A stretch of DNA of 64,000 nt from Acinetobacter phage AM24, in the sequence record KY000079.2. One strand, 5' to 3'. Under the pieces are notes generated by a model. The model was given only the letters and a program-made list of their open reading frames with translations, was not told where the DNA came from and did not search any database. Positions within the stretch are counted from its first letter, which is position 1; every line of letters starts with the position of its first letter. Positions 46,809 through 55,173 of this stretch are shown one piece after another. A program made the translations under genes and the position numbers.

Positions 46809-47015
46809 ATGAGTAATATTAAAGTGGGTGATAAAGTAGAGGTTGTGAATACAGGTCTATTTGGATGGAATGTCCACATAGGACATGTTGGTACAGTGAA
46901 AAACATAGTGGGTGATTTTGAAATAGAGGTGTATTTTGATAGTATTGGGGATGGACTAACCCAATGGGTTCACTACCCAACTTGGGAACGTTGGGTAAAA
47001 GTTATTAGGGAGTAA
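46809..47015 (+). CDS. Small paralog-family protein (IKVGDKVEVVN...HVGTVK)
   Basis: RBS GAGGAGGG. Carries the family motif. Confidence 0.55.
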   Translation: MSNIKVGDKVEVVNTGLFGWNVHIGHVGTVKNIVGDFEIEVYFDSIGDGLTQWVHYPTWERWVKVIRE

Positions 47016-47018
47016 TTC

Positions 47019-47279
47019 ATGGGTAGACCAAATATAAGGGTTGGTGATACTGTGAGGATTTGTAAAAAAGATATCTTTGCACCTTTTGTTAGAAAAGGTG
47101 ATCTTGCAATAGTGAAAGATATGCAGTTTGATGAGGATTGTGTTGACCTATGGTTAGACAGTTTTGGTTGGCACCACGAGCAAGTTGTAACAATTAGCAG
47201 GAATAGATCATATCCACCAAATAAATATATAACTTTTCTCCATCAATCTCAAAAACTTGTTGACAAACCTTCCGAATAA
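47019..47279 (+). CDS. Small paralog-family protein (IRVGDTVRI...KGDLAIVK)
   Basis: RBS AGGGAG. Confidence 0.5.
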   Translation: MGRPNIRVGDTVRICKKDIFAPFVRKGDLAIVKDMQFDEDCVDLWLDSFGWHHEQVVTISRNRSYPPNKYITFLHQSQKLVDKPSE

Positions 47280-47288
47280 CCTTAATAT
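47260..47288 (+). promoter_or_regulatory. Sigma70-like promoter (AAAAACTTGTTGACA, 17-nt spacer, TAATAT)
   Basis: Perfect -35 and good -10. Confidence 0.55.
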
Positions 47289-47323
47289 TCAACCATAAGA
47301 TAAACACTTAGTTTGGAGTTAAA

Positions 47324-48151
47324 ATGTTAAAAAAGATTGCTTTAGTTGGTGCGTTAGTTGCTTCGGCAGTTTCATTCACAGGTTGTACACGAGTTACTGA
47401 TGCAGAGGTTGGTGTGAAGACTAGCTTCACTGGTAAGATTTCTGATTCACCACAATATCAAGGCTTGTATTTCCCTTGGGTATATAGCTTAGATAAATTC
47501 TCTACACGTAACCTGATTATTGATGTTTCTGGTCAGCCTATTGTTGAGAATGTGCAGATGGATGGTATGACCATTCGGGTAAACTACTCAATTAAACCTG
47601 AACTTGCACCTGAAATGTGGAAAACACAGAAGGCACAACACATGGTTCGTGGAGGTGGAGAGGGTGATGAAAAACGTGAGATATTCCTCATGGGTTTATA
47701 TGTTGAGACAATCTCTCGTAATGTCATGATGGATGTGGTTAAGAACTACAAAGCCTTGGAGGTAAACTCTAAGCGTACAGAGATTGAGCCAATCTTAAAA
47801 GCTCAGATTGTGAAGACAATCAATGCCAACGGTCGTGGTAAGTATGTGAATATTAATGAGGTGGTTATTATTAATTCACAACCACCGAAATCTGTTATGG
47901 ATTCCGCTAAGCGTTACTTGACATCACTAAACGACTTACGCACAAAGCAGAATGAAGTAGAGATTGCTAAGCAAGAATCTGAGCGATTAAAAGCTTTGGC
48001 TTCACAGGCAAATGAAACTACTTTAGACTACATGAGAGCACAAGCCCAATTGAATAACTCAGAAGCAATGATGGAAATGGCTCGTAATAAGAGTGTAAAT
48101 AAGTTGATCATTGCACCAATGAATATTACTTCATTAGGTAAGTTGGACTAG
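47324..48151 (+). CDS. Lipoprotein with an SPFH/band-7-like domain and a C-terminal coiled coil
   Basis: Signal peptide plus lipobox (LVGALVASAVSFTGC). QPIVENVQMDGMTIRVNYSI is SPFH-like. Confidence 0.45.
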   Translation: MLKKIALVGALVASAVSFTGCTRVTDAEVGVKTSFTGKISDSPQYQGLYFPWVYSLDKFSTRNLIIDVSGQPIVENVQMDGMTIRVNYSIKPELAPEMWKTQKAQHMVRGGGEGDEKREIFLMGLYVETISRNVMMDVVKNYKALEVNSKRTEIEPILKAQIVKTINANGRGKYVNINEVVIINSQPPKSVMDSAKRYLTSLNDLRTKQNEVEIAKQESERLKALASQANETTLDYMRAQAQLNNSEAMMEMARNKSVNKLIIAPMNITSLGKLD

Positions 48152-48164
48152 TACTAAATATACT

Positions 48165-48191
48165 GGGGAGTTATCCTCCCCAAATCTTTTT
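48165..48191 (+). terminator. Hairpin terminator candidate
   Basis: GGGGAGTTATCCTCCCC followed by AAATCTTTTT. Confidence 0.4.
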
Positions 48192-48201
48192 GGAGATTTA
48201 T

Positions 48202-48672
48202 ATGTCTTGGTTTAGTAAGATATTTGGTGGTAAAGTTGTACAACAGCAAAATATAATGTCTAGTGGATCAGTAGTTGCTGGAGATTATGTTGGAAGAAAT
48301 AACAATGGTAGTAATTCAGTAGGTTTTGATGTGACATTATCTGGTGGGTCTGTAAATATTAATGGCAGAAAATACACAGGGCGAAACATCCAAATTAATG
48401 GTGATCAAGTTATTGTTGATGGTGTAGTGAAAAGTACAGTGCAGTCAGGTCCAATAAATGTCGCTGTGAATGGTCATGTTGAAGATCTCAAAACAGTATC
48501 TGGTGATGTTACTGTCCAGAGTGGAACTGTTGGGAATATTCAAACAACCTCTGGAAATATCAATGTAAATGGTGATGTTCAAGGAAACATTAAAACAGTA
48601 TCGGGAAATGTTAAGGGCCATAAGCTTGAAGGGGATGCACGTACAGTATCTGGCGATATAAAAACCCGTTAA
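48202..48672 (+). CDS. Repeat protein with (T)VSG(D/N)(V/I) hexapeptide-like repeats (bactofilin or beta-helix-like)
   Basis: TVSGDVTVQSGTVGNIQTTSGNINVNGDVQGNIKTVSGNVKG...TVSGDIKT. Confidence 0.45.
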   Translation: MSWFSKIFGGKVVQQQNIMSSGSVVAGDYVGRNNNGSNSVGFDVTLSGGSVNINGRKYTGRNIQINGDQVIVDGVVKSTVQSGPINVAVNGHVEDLKTVSGDVTVQSGTVGNIQTTSGNINVNGDVQGNIKTVSGNVKGHKLEGDARTVSGDIKTR

Positions 48673-48683
48673 GGAGTTGTTAA

Positions 48684-48851
48684 GTGAATGCATTTATCTT
48701 ATGGTTTATGGTATTTATGCTTTACCTTTTGGTATGGCGTGTGGTAAAATTATATAAAGAAGATAAGGTTGGGGAGTTCTTTACAATGATGTGTATTGTA
48801 ATGCTGCCAATACTAACAACTGCTATCTCTAAAGCTGTATTAAGTAGTTAA
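48684..48851 (+). CDS. Small 2-TM membrane peptide (55 aa) not in the ORF track; GTG start
   Basis: RBS AAGGAG 7 nt upstream of the GTG. MNAFILWFMVFMLYLLVWRVV...MMCIVMLPILTTAI. Confidence 0.4.
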   Translation: MNAFILWFMVFMLYLLVWRVVKLYKEDKVGEFFTMMCIVMLPILTTAISKAVLSS

Positions 48852-48864
48852 TTAGGAGAAATAT

Positions 48865-49212
48865 ATGTCAAAGAATTCACATGTAAATACATTGGAAGTT
48901 GTGAATGGTGGTAATCCTGTAGTTAGTATTCAAGATTTGAACACTGCACGTAAAAACAAGTTGTTCCATGATGGTTTACAACGTGTATATGAAAAGATGT
49001 ACCGTAGTGGTTTTATGAAAGATACCACACCAAAACAACAAAAGATGATTGAGGAAGAACCAATCATGATGTTATCTCGTGAGTTATATCCATCACGACA
49101 AGCATACCGACATGCGCTTCGCAGTTGGGCTAAACAGAAAGAGCGATTTGAAAAGGCTGCATCTCGTGGATTGCTTGCAGAGCACTTGAAGGTTCACTTA
49201 TATGGTCTTTAA
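48865..49212 (+). CDS. Hypothetical protein
   Basis: RBS AGGAGAAA. Confidence 0.45.
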   Translation: MSKNSHVNTLEVVNGGNPVVSIQDLNTARKNKLFHDGLQRVYEKMYRSGFMKDTTPKQQKMIEEEPIMMLSRELYPSRQAYRHALRSWAKQKERFEKAASRGLLAEHLKVHLYGL

Positions 49213-49224
49213 TTACTAAGATAA

Positions 49225-49246
49225 GCCCCGAAAGGGGTTTTCTTGT
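49225..49246 (+). terminator. Short hairpin terminator (CCCCGAAAGGGG followed by TTTTCTTGTTT)
   Basis: Seen in the sequence. Confidence 0.45.
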
Positions 49247-49259
49247 TTAGGAGGTTTGT

Positions 49260-49457
49260 GTGGATAAATTTAAAGTTGGAGATGCTGTTAAGGTGGTTGC
49301 AACGAAGTCTGAATTAAATTCAATTTTTGCACCACTACACCTAAAAGGTTTTGTTGGTGTCATAACAAACATAAATTTTGATGGTTTCTACAGAGTTAGG
49401 TTTGAGGATGATTGGTGGAATCTAAGAGAGTGTGATATCGATAAGGTGGTAGGATGA
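49260..49457 (+). CDS. Small paralog-family protein (FKVGDAVKVV...KGFVGVIT); GTG start
   Basis: RBS TAGGAGG. Confidence 0.55.
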   Translation: MDKFKVGDAVKVVATKSELNSIFAPLHLKGFVGVITNINFDGFYRVRFEDDWWNLRECDIDKVVG

Positions 49458-49666
49458 GTATAAATACACAAAACATTAAAATGGGAGATAAAGTTAAAGT
49501 TATCTCCACTGAACGTCAACTTTCTGAGATTGGTGCATCTGGAGATAACCTCAAAGGAAAGATTGGTGTGGTAACTAGCATCTTTAGTTATGGTTTTGCT
49601 GTTGAATTTGATAAAAGTGGGTGTTGGTGTTTGAGGTTTAAAGATGTCCATAAAGTTTTAGAATGA
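49454..49666 (+). CDS. Small paralog-family protein (IKMGDKVKVI...KGKIGVVT)
   Basis: ATGA overlap indicates translational coupling. Confidence 0.55.
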   Translation: MSINTQNIKMGDKVKVISTERQLSEIGASGDNLKGKIGVVTSIFSYGFAVEFDKSGCWCLRFKDVHKVLE

Positions 49667-49689
49667 TTGTTGTGCAAGTGTAAATTAAT

Positions 49690-49718
49690 TTGACAAGTTT
49701 AACTTTTGATGATATACA
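49690..49718 (+). promoter_or_regulatory. Sigma70-like promoter candidate (TTGACA, 17-nt spacer, TATACA)
   Basis: Seen in the sequence. Confidence 0.4.
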
Positions 49719-49752
49719 TAAGGAACTATTAAACTTTTAAGAGGAATATTTT

Positions 49753-50184
49753 ATGGATCATCAAGAAAAATTTGATCAAAATCAACCAGAAACTTCAAAA
49801 CACAAGGGAACACCTTGGTTAGATTGGCTTCGTGGTACTATTGGCACCCTGTTAATTGTTATTGCAGTTGGTGCTTTTGTTGCGAATAATCAACAACAAC
49901 AATCGCACTCTATTGTAACTGCTATTCAAGCTTTGAACAAGGATAAAATTCGAGAAACATACTCTTCAAGTAACTATAATATTGCCATGACATGTGGCAT
50001 GGATGGTAACTACCAAACTGCCTCTAATGTTTTAGAGCTAAGTGATGTCAAAGTTAAAACCCTTAATAGTATTGTGCTGTACGACACTGGTATTGTAATG
50101 GCAAACTTTAGTGACAATACAAAGTTTATCACAGATATTAAAAACTGCACAATCAATGTTCAGAAACTAACTAAGGAGTCGTAA
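49753..50184 (+). CDS. Membrane protein (N-terminal TM)
   Basis: RBS AAGAGGAA. TM segment LIVIAVGAFVA. Confidence 0.45.
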   Translation: MDHQEKFDQNQPETSKHKGTPWLDWLRGTIGTLLIVIAVGAFVANNQQQQSHSIVTAIQALNKDKIRETYSSSNYNIAMTCGMDGNYQTASNVLELSDVKVKTLNSIVLYDTGIVMANFSDNTKFITDIKNCTINVQKLTKES

Positions 50185-50185
50185 T

Positions 50186-50320
50186 ATGAGGGAAATTTCT
50201 AAAGAGGGTATCAAAAGAAAAATTAAAGATTGGTACAACCTAGCAGTAACACATCCAAGGATTTCCTATGCGATATTCTTGGTGGTTGTTTTTTCTTTAA
50301 TACTTTTAAATACTGAATAA
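50186..50320 (+). CDS. Tiny tail-anchored membrane peptide (44 aa) not in the ORF track
   Basis: RBS AAGGAG. Ends ...ISYAIFLVVVFSLILLNTE. Confidence 0.4.
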   Translation: MREISKEGIKRKIKDWYNLAVTHPRISYAIFLVVVFSLILLNTE

Positions 50321-50334
50321 TAACAGGAGGTTAT

Positions 50335-50901
50335 ATGGGAATCAAAGGAGTTGGTGACTATATCCGCGTGACTGTTTCAAATGAAGCAAAAGCTGCACTT
50401 GCTCGGAAGTTATTACCTTTAGAGAATGTCAAAGATAAATATAGCGCATCAGCACAAACACAGCTAGGTTTTCCTTTTGGTGGTAACCTAGGGATTCCCT
50501 ACACCTTAGAAACCATGAAGAGACGCTATGTCGATTTCCTTGGTGAGAATGAGATTAAAATTCTTAGGTACATGATGCGGATATCTTTATCCTCAATTAA
50601 GTATGGAATGTACACCAAGCAAGATTACGCTATGGTGAACTTTACAAGCTCTATTGTATCGCCTTATCTTTGGGATGTTTATAAAGATTGGTTACTGTCT
50701 TGTGGTTTTACCTTAAGGGAAGACATCAGGGAAACTGTTTTAATTCAAGATTCTTACAATCAAGGGTCTGGAAGGTTTAAACTAATGTATGGTGCAAAAA
50801 TCTTTTGGTCAAAAAAATCTGAAGAAAATGTTGACTTGTTAGCTAAAATAGGTGTAGGATTAGGTATCAAAAATGGTTATGACCTAGAGGAAATCTTATG
50901 A
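50335..50901 (+). CDS. Hypothetical protein
   Basis: RBS AGGAGG. Confidence 0.45.
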   Translation: MGIKGVGDYIRVTVSNEAKAALARKLLPLENVKDKYSASAQTQLGFPFGGNLGIPYTLETMKRRYVDFLGENEIKILRYMMRISLSSIKYGMYTKQDYAMVNFTSSIVSPYLWDVYKDWLLSCGFTLREDIRETVLIQDSYNQGSGRFKLMYGAKIFWSKKSEENVDLLAKIGVGLGIKNGYDLEEIL

Positions 50902-51287
50902 CCGAATTAGTTGAACAAGCAGAAACTAAAGTAACCGATGATGAAGTTATTAAAGTTCGTAAAAGTGTGGTTGTTGATTTTATTATTAAAGATCGAAACA
51001 GTTATCTAAGAGCACAACAAGCACGCTATAAGAACATGAGATTGATTGATGGAATTTATATGAGATCGCTGTTCATATATGGTGCTTTGTCAATTTTATT
51101 AGTGTTATCATTACTGTGGACAATTGTTCGAATCATACTATTGAAAGAATTCTCTGATGTTTTATTAGGAGCTTTTGATGTAATACTGCTATTCATGTTT
51201 GCGACTCGAATCGATGGTGCATTACACTGGTGGGATGAGGAGGAAGAAAGATCTGGAGGTTATCTTGCCAACACAGAAACAGACTGA
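50898..51287 (+). CDS. Membrane protein
   Basis: ATGA overlap with the upstream gene. TM segment LFIYGALSILLVLSLLWTIVRIILL. Confidence 0.45.
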   Translation: MTELVEQAETKVTDDEVIKVRKSVVVDFIIKDRNSYLRAQQARYKNMRLIDGIYMRSLFIYGALSILLVLSLLWTIVRIILLKEFSDVLLGAFDVILLFMFATRIDGALHWWDEEEERSGGYLANTETD

Positions 51288-51735
51288 TTCACTTTACATT
51301 GAAATGCTGGAGCCTCTGAAGAAGAGGTCCCATGCAGTTCGAGCAAAGGTAGGAGCTATTCTGGTTACTCAACAGGGTAACCTTTTAGTAGGAATTAATG
51401 GTTTACCTAAACAACTTGGAAACAAGTTAGAAATTGAAGAGGTGGTACTTGAGAGTGTTTTCAATGAACCGCCAAGATGGGTACTTACAGGAGAACTCAT
51501 AACTAAACCTACAGTTATCCATGCAGAGATGAATTGTATATTAAAAGCCGCACGTGAAGGAGTGAGCACGGTTAATTCTACTGTCTATGTAACGCTATCA
51601 CCATGTGCTCACTGTGCCTCTATGCTTGTCTCTGCTGGTGTTAAGCGGTTGGTTTATGTTGAGGATTATCGTGATCCTTCAGGGTTAGATGTTTTGAGAC
51701 GATGCGATGTGGAGGTGATTAAGTATGAGCATTGA
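51235..51735 (+). CDS. dCMP deaminase (CDA fold, zinc-dependent)
   Basis: HAEMN...SPCAHC zinc motif. The start is uncertain (51199, 51235 or 51304) and overlaps the upstream gene. Confidence 0.65.
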   Translation: MRRKKDLEVILPTQKQTDSLYIEMLEPLKKRSHAVRAKVGAILVTQQGNLLVGINGLPKQLGNKLEIEEVVLESVFNEPPRWVLTGELITKPTVIHAEMNCILKAAREGVSTVNSTVYVTLSPCAHCASMLVSAGVKRLVYVEDYRDPSGLDVLRRCDVEVIKYEH

Positions 51736-51916
51736 AGATAAGAAATGTGAAAAATGTCCAACAGGCACATATATTCGAAGAGAGTGGAAAGAAAGTCTTG
51801 GAGAATTTGGTGATGTGAATGTTATTGAAGATATTTGTGATACGTGCGGTCATGACTATTGGAAAGAGCAAGCAGAGAAAATACAAGAAGCCTATTTAAA
51901 TGGGGAGATTGATTGA
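51725..51916 (+). CDS. Small zinc-ribbon protein
   Basis: CEKCPTG...CDTCGH. Confidence 0.45.
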   Translation: MSIEDKKCEKCPTGTYIRREWKESLGEFGDVNVIEDICDTCGHDYWKEQAEKIQEAYLNGEID

Positions 51917-52245
51917 TGGATATGTTGAAAGTTTATTTAAAAAAGAGAATGCTTGGGTGTGCTTTTAAAGGTATTATCCACCAAGGTCCTGACAAGGAAA
52001 AATTTCAGGATGCTGAATTCTTACTTACAAGAATTTCACATCGTTATGTTTGGGGTCATCCTGTAGGTCATCCAAATAAGAAATTCTGCTTCAAGTTTGC
52101 AGATGTTAGATTTTACTTTGATGATCAACAATCGGAACCTCACCAGCCATTTATGTATAAGTTGTTAGATGCACTATGTGATGTTGAAGATGACATCAAA
52201 AGTGGATATATTGGGTATTTAATAACTGACCAAAATAAAGCATAA
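51913..52245 (+). CDS. Hypothetical protein
   Basis: ATGA overlap with the upstream gene. Confidence 0.45.
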   Translation: MMDMLKVYLKKRMLGCAFKGIIHQGPDKEKFQDAEFLLTRISHRYVWGHPVGHPNKKFCFKFADVRFYFDDQQSEPHQPFMYKLLDALCDVEDDIKSGYIGYLITDQNKA

Positions 52246-52257
52246 GAAATTTAAATT

Positions 52258-52286
52258 AACCTCCTAGTTGACAGGAGGTTTTTTAT
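52258..52286 (+). terminator. Terminator hairpin (AACCTCCT...AGGAGGTT followed by TTTTT) that overlaps the next promoter
   Basis: Seen in the sequence. Confidence 0.5.
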
Positions 52287-52296
52287 TGCCTAAAAT
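52268..52296 (+). promoter_or_regulatory. Sigma70-like promoter (TTGACA, 17-nt spacer, TAAAAT) embedded in the terminator loop
   Basis: Seen in the sequence. Confidence 0.45.
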
Positions 52297-52333
52297 TTAG
52301 TTAATTTAATAGGTAACCAAAAGGTTAATTTTT

Positions 52334-52774
52334 ATGACAACTTATGTATATGTTGAAATGTCGGAAGGCTCAAAGAGTCCATCAGGAAAACTCCATGAGG
52401 TTGACACCTCAATGATTTGTATCCAGAAAGATACACTATTTAAGGGATTTCCAGAAGTAAACTTCGACATGTTGATGGAAACCTTGAAAGAACACCTCAA
52501 TGAATTCGAAGAGTCAACTTTCCTAAAAAACTGGCAGGGTGTTGGTTATATGAAAAATATACCACAACATCAATTTGCACTCAGAATGGTTGAAAAATAT
52601 AAACTGTTCTCAGCCCTTGATGAAATGGATCTTGAAGATGTAGAATATGATGAGTATGCCAATGGGGTTGTTCAAAGTATGCTGGCACTGTTAGATGACT
52701 TGTTTCATGGTGGGGATACCATTGAAGTGATTAAGATTATTTATGCTGGTGAAGTTAACAACTTGTTTGGGTGA
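52334..52774 (+). CDS. Hypothetical protein
   Basis: Codon usage is consistent with the surrounding genes. Confidence 0.45.
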   Translation: MTTYVYVEMSEGSKSPSGKLHEVDTSMICIQKDTLFKGFPEVNFDMLMETLKEHLNEFEESTFLKNWQGVGYMKNIPQHQFALRMVEKYKLFSALDEMDLEDVEYDEYANGVVQSMLALLDDLFHGGDTIEVIKIIYAGEVNNLFG

Positions 52775-52785
52775 GGGATTTTTAA

Positions 52786-52992
52786 ATGAAAGAGAAATGG
52801 ACTGTTGTTGCTGCTATAGTTTGTAGCATCTTAATCCTGTACTTCTGTGCACTATCACAAAATAAAGCTAAAGAGGCTCAGTGTGATGGAGAAACGCGAT
52901 TTTATGCAAGTGGTGGGAGAATTTATGCTTGTGACAACTATAAAAAGCCGAAAGCTCAACAACAGGAAACACAGGAATGGACAAACAATTAG
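52786..52992 (+). CDS. Small membrane or secreted protein
   Basis: N-terminal TM segment VVAAIVCSILILYFCAL. Confidence 0.4.
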   Translation: MKEKWTVVAAIVCSILILYFCALSQNKAKEAQCDGETRFYASGGRIYACDNYKKPKAQQQETQEWTNN

Positions 52993-53180
52993 TTTTGAAC
53001 TATTTAAGGACCTACAGTTTTTCTTACATACGACCTATGTATCGATCCCTACGAGTTAGATCTAAAGGTATGTCTTTAAACAAGTTTAGGAAGTTTTTAA
53101 AAGATATGGAAAAGGAAGGGTTAATTGAAGAGGTTAAAATACTTCCTTACCATGATTTTCCTTGCTGGAGATTGAAATGA
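52977..53180 (+). CDS. Small basic protein (winged-helix-like)
   Basis: Overlaps the upstream gene. Confidence 0.4.
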   Translation: MDKQLVLNYLRTYSFSYIRPMYRSLRVRSKGMSLNKFRKFLKDMEKEGLIEEVKILPYHDFPCWRLK

Positions 53181-53401
53181 CATTCTTTAATGAAGAGCGT
53201 ATTGGTGGTAAAGATGAAGTTGATCTAGATTCAAAAATTATATCAAGCTTAAATGTGCACGGTTTCAATAGAGTCACATACGAGTTTTCCTTCTTGATTT
53301 TTGGTGAGGATTTTGATAAAACTATCTACACACGATTTGATATAGATTTTAATATCGAAGACCATGAAGAATTTATCTGGAGAGATGATGATGACACCTA
53401 G
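53177..53401 (+). CDS. Small acidic protein
   Basis: ATGA overlap with the upstream gene. Confidence 0.4.
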   Translation: MTFFNEERIGGKDEVDLDSKIISSLNVHGFNRVTYEFSFLIFGEDFDKTIYTRFDIDFNIEDHEEFIWRDDDDT

Positions 53402-53585
53402 AGAAGAGTTTGAGAATTTACCACAGGTAAAAGAAATACTAAAGTGTGGTGCTATATACTTTTGCCCTGTACGTAAACACTACGAAACCACTAAAAGTAG
53501 TTTGATAATGTGTGTTTACTTCATTAATGGTGCGTGGTATTCTTATCAACATGTACTGGATATTATGAATAAGTCTGAGGATTAA
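53385..53585 (+). CDS. Small protein
   Basis: An ATG follows CTGGAGAG. Confidence 0.4.
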   Translation: MMMTPREEFENLPQVKEILKCGAIYFCPVRKHYETTKSSLIMCVYFINGAWYSYQHVLDIMNKSED

Positions 53586-53588
53586 ATA

Positions 53589-53771
53589 ATGGTTAAACAA
53601 CAAACTTTTGATGAATGGTATGCTGAGTGGACTGGTTCCAGTATTAAGTGTGAGAACACTGATGTACGTGCTGCATGGGATCATCAACAGAAACGTATTC
53701 AGTTTCTGGAAAAGGCATTTGAAAACTTAAAACTCCAGTTGGAAGACAAAGAGATTGATTCCAAGGTGTGA
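53589..53771 (+). CDS. Small protein
   Basis: Tightly packed against the upstream gene. Confidence 0.4.
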   Translation: MVKQQTFDEWYAEWTGSSIKCENTDVRAAWDHQQKRIQFLEKAFENLKLQLEDKEIDSKV

Positions 53772-53861
53772 TTTTCTACCGAGTCAGTAATCCTGAATGG
53801 GAACTTGGCGTAAGAAGTTTTAAAGCGATGTCATTAACAAAATTTTAATAGGTAGGTAACT

Positions 53862-53966
53862 ATGAGTGTTATTTCAAAAAGTTTTGACTTTATTATAACA
53901 GTTGTAGCTGTGGGTTTGTTTTTCTTTATGTTTGGATTTTGGTCAGCGTACTTTATTTTTACCTAA
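53862..53966 (+). CDS. Tiny hydrophobic peptide (34 aa, MSVISKSFDFIITVVAVGLFFFMFGFWSAYFIFT) not in the ORF track
   Basis: RBS GGTAGG 6 nt upstream. Single TM segment. Confidence 0.35.
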   Translation: MSVISKSFDFIITVVAVGLFFFMFGFWSAYFIFT

Positions 53967-53976
53967 TAGGATCACT

Positions 53977-54348
53977 ATGAAACAAATTATTTTTCTAGAC
54001 GATGAAAGAGTTATCCAAGACGTAACTTGGATAGATTACTCTCAATGGTCGGGTGCTTACGTTATTTCTCAAAGTTCAGCTTCTCGTTTAATCTCATACA
54101 TTAAACATTATGGGAAATACTTTGACTGGGAAAATACTTTGTTTTCCTTAGACCATGACCTTCAGGATTTTGATGGGGAGGAAGAGTCTACAGGCTACAC
54201 CTTCATTAAATGGTTGATTGAATTCATGGTTGAGAATGAGATTTCCTTAGAATATCTCAATGTAGTTGTGCACTCCCAAAACCCTATTGGCAAAGAAAAC
54301 ATTGAAAAATATATCAGTAATGCTAAACTACATTATTTGGAATTCTAG
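53977..54348 (+). CDS. Hypothetical protein
   Basis: An ATG follows AGGA; the track start at 53932 is an alternative. Confidence 0.4.
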   Translation: MKQIIFLDDERVIQDVTWIDYSQWSGAYVISQSSASRLISYIKHYGKYFDWENTLFSLDHDLQDFDGEEESTGYTFIKWLIEFMVENEISLEYLNVVVHSQNPIGKENIEKYISNAKLHYLEF

Positions 54349-54357
54349 GAGAGTAAC

Positions 54358-54567
54358 TTGTCAGGTCAAAAGTGGTACGTTAGCCATGCCGAAGCACTAA
54401 CACAGAACATCGCAGGGTTGCTCATAGCATTTATAGTGATGATGGTATTAGGAATACCTTTACATACCACATTAAAGATCCAAGTGATTTTATTCTTTAC
54501 ATCGTACATCAGAAGTTATACTATCAGACGTATATTTAATTGGTTAAGCTTGAGGAAAAATACATGA
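54358..54567 (+). CDS. Small membrane protein; TTG start
   Basis: RBS AGGAGAG. TM segment IAGLLIAFIVMMVLGI. Confidence 0.4.
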   Translation: MSGQKWYVSHAEALTQNIAGLLIAFIVMMVLGIPLHTTLKIQVILFFTSYIRSYTIRRIFNWLSLRKNT

Positions 54568-54725
54568 TCAACATCGTTTATTTGGTTTTAGTTATTACGT
54601 GGAATAGTGGAACAGCAACAGTACAAGTTCCACAAGCAAATATAAAACAATGTGAGATTAACAAACAAGCACTAATTCCTGATGAGAGTGTTAAACGAGC
54701 TTATTGTATTGTTGGGGTGAAGTGA
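54564..54725 (+). CDS. Small signal-peptide-like protein (53 aa)
   Basis: ATGA overlap with the upstream gene. N-terminus MINIVYLVLVITW. Confidence 0.35.
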   Translation: MINIVYLVLVITWNSGTATVQVPQANIKQCEINKQALIPDESVKRAYCIVGVK

Positions 54726-54943
54726 TGCAATACTATCAACTTGGTGACGTTGTGGAAGTTGTAGAATTAGTGGCACTTGATAGTAAATTTGGTATCCAAA
54801 TTGGTGATGTTGCTAAAGTTGTTACAGTCAAGAATTTCCCTGATGGATCTCAGATGGTTGATTGTTACAATCCAAAGTGGGATCATGAAAATCTCAATGG
54901 TATTAGAGAAATGACTCGTTCTCAGTTGAAAAAGGTGAAGTAA
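54725..54943 (+). CDS. Small paralog-family protein (LGDVVEVV...IGDVAKVV...YNPKW)
   Basis: Carries the family motif. Confidence 0.55.
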   Translation: MQYYQLGDVVEVVELVALDSKFGIQIGDVAKVVTVKNFPDGSQMVDCYNPKWDHENLNGIREMTRSQLKKVK

Positions 54944-55173
54944 TGGCAGCAAGAGATTATGAAGATTACCCTTTAGTTGTGGGTGATAGAATTATTGTCA
55001 AGTACACTATAGAGGTCGATGAAAATAATGGTGTGAAGGCTGGTGATGTAGCCAAGGTTGTTTATGTGGATTTAGATCACGATGTTTGGTGCTTCAACCC
55101 TAACTGGAAACTTGGCAATGTTGAACTTGGTGGTAACTTCATGAGAAGTGATCAAATTGGGAGATTAAAATGA
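54943..55173 (+). CDS. Small paralog-family protein (VGDRIIV...AGDVAKVV...FNPNW)
   Basis: TAATG overlap with the upstream gene. Confidence 0.55.
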   Translation: MAARDYEDYPLVVGDRIIVKYTIEVDENNGVKAGDVAKVVYVDLDHDVWCFNPNWKLGNVELGGNFMRSDQIGRLK

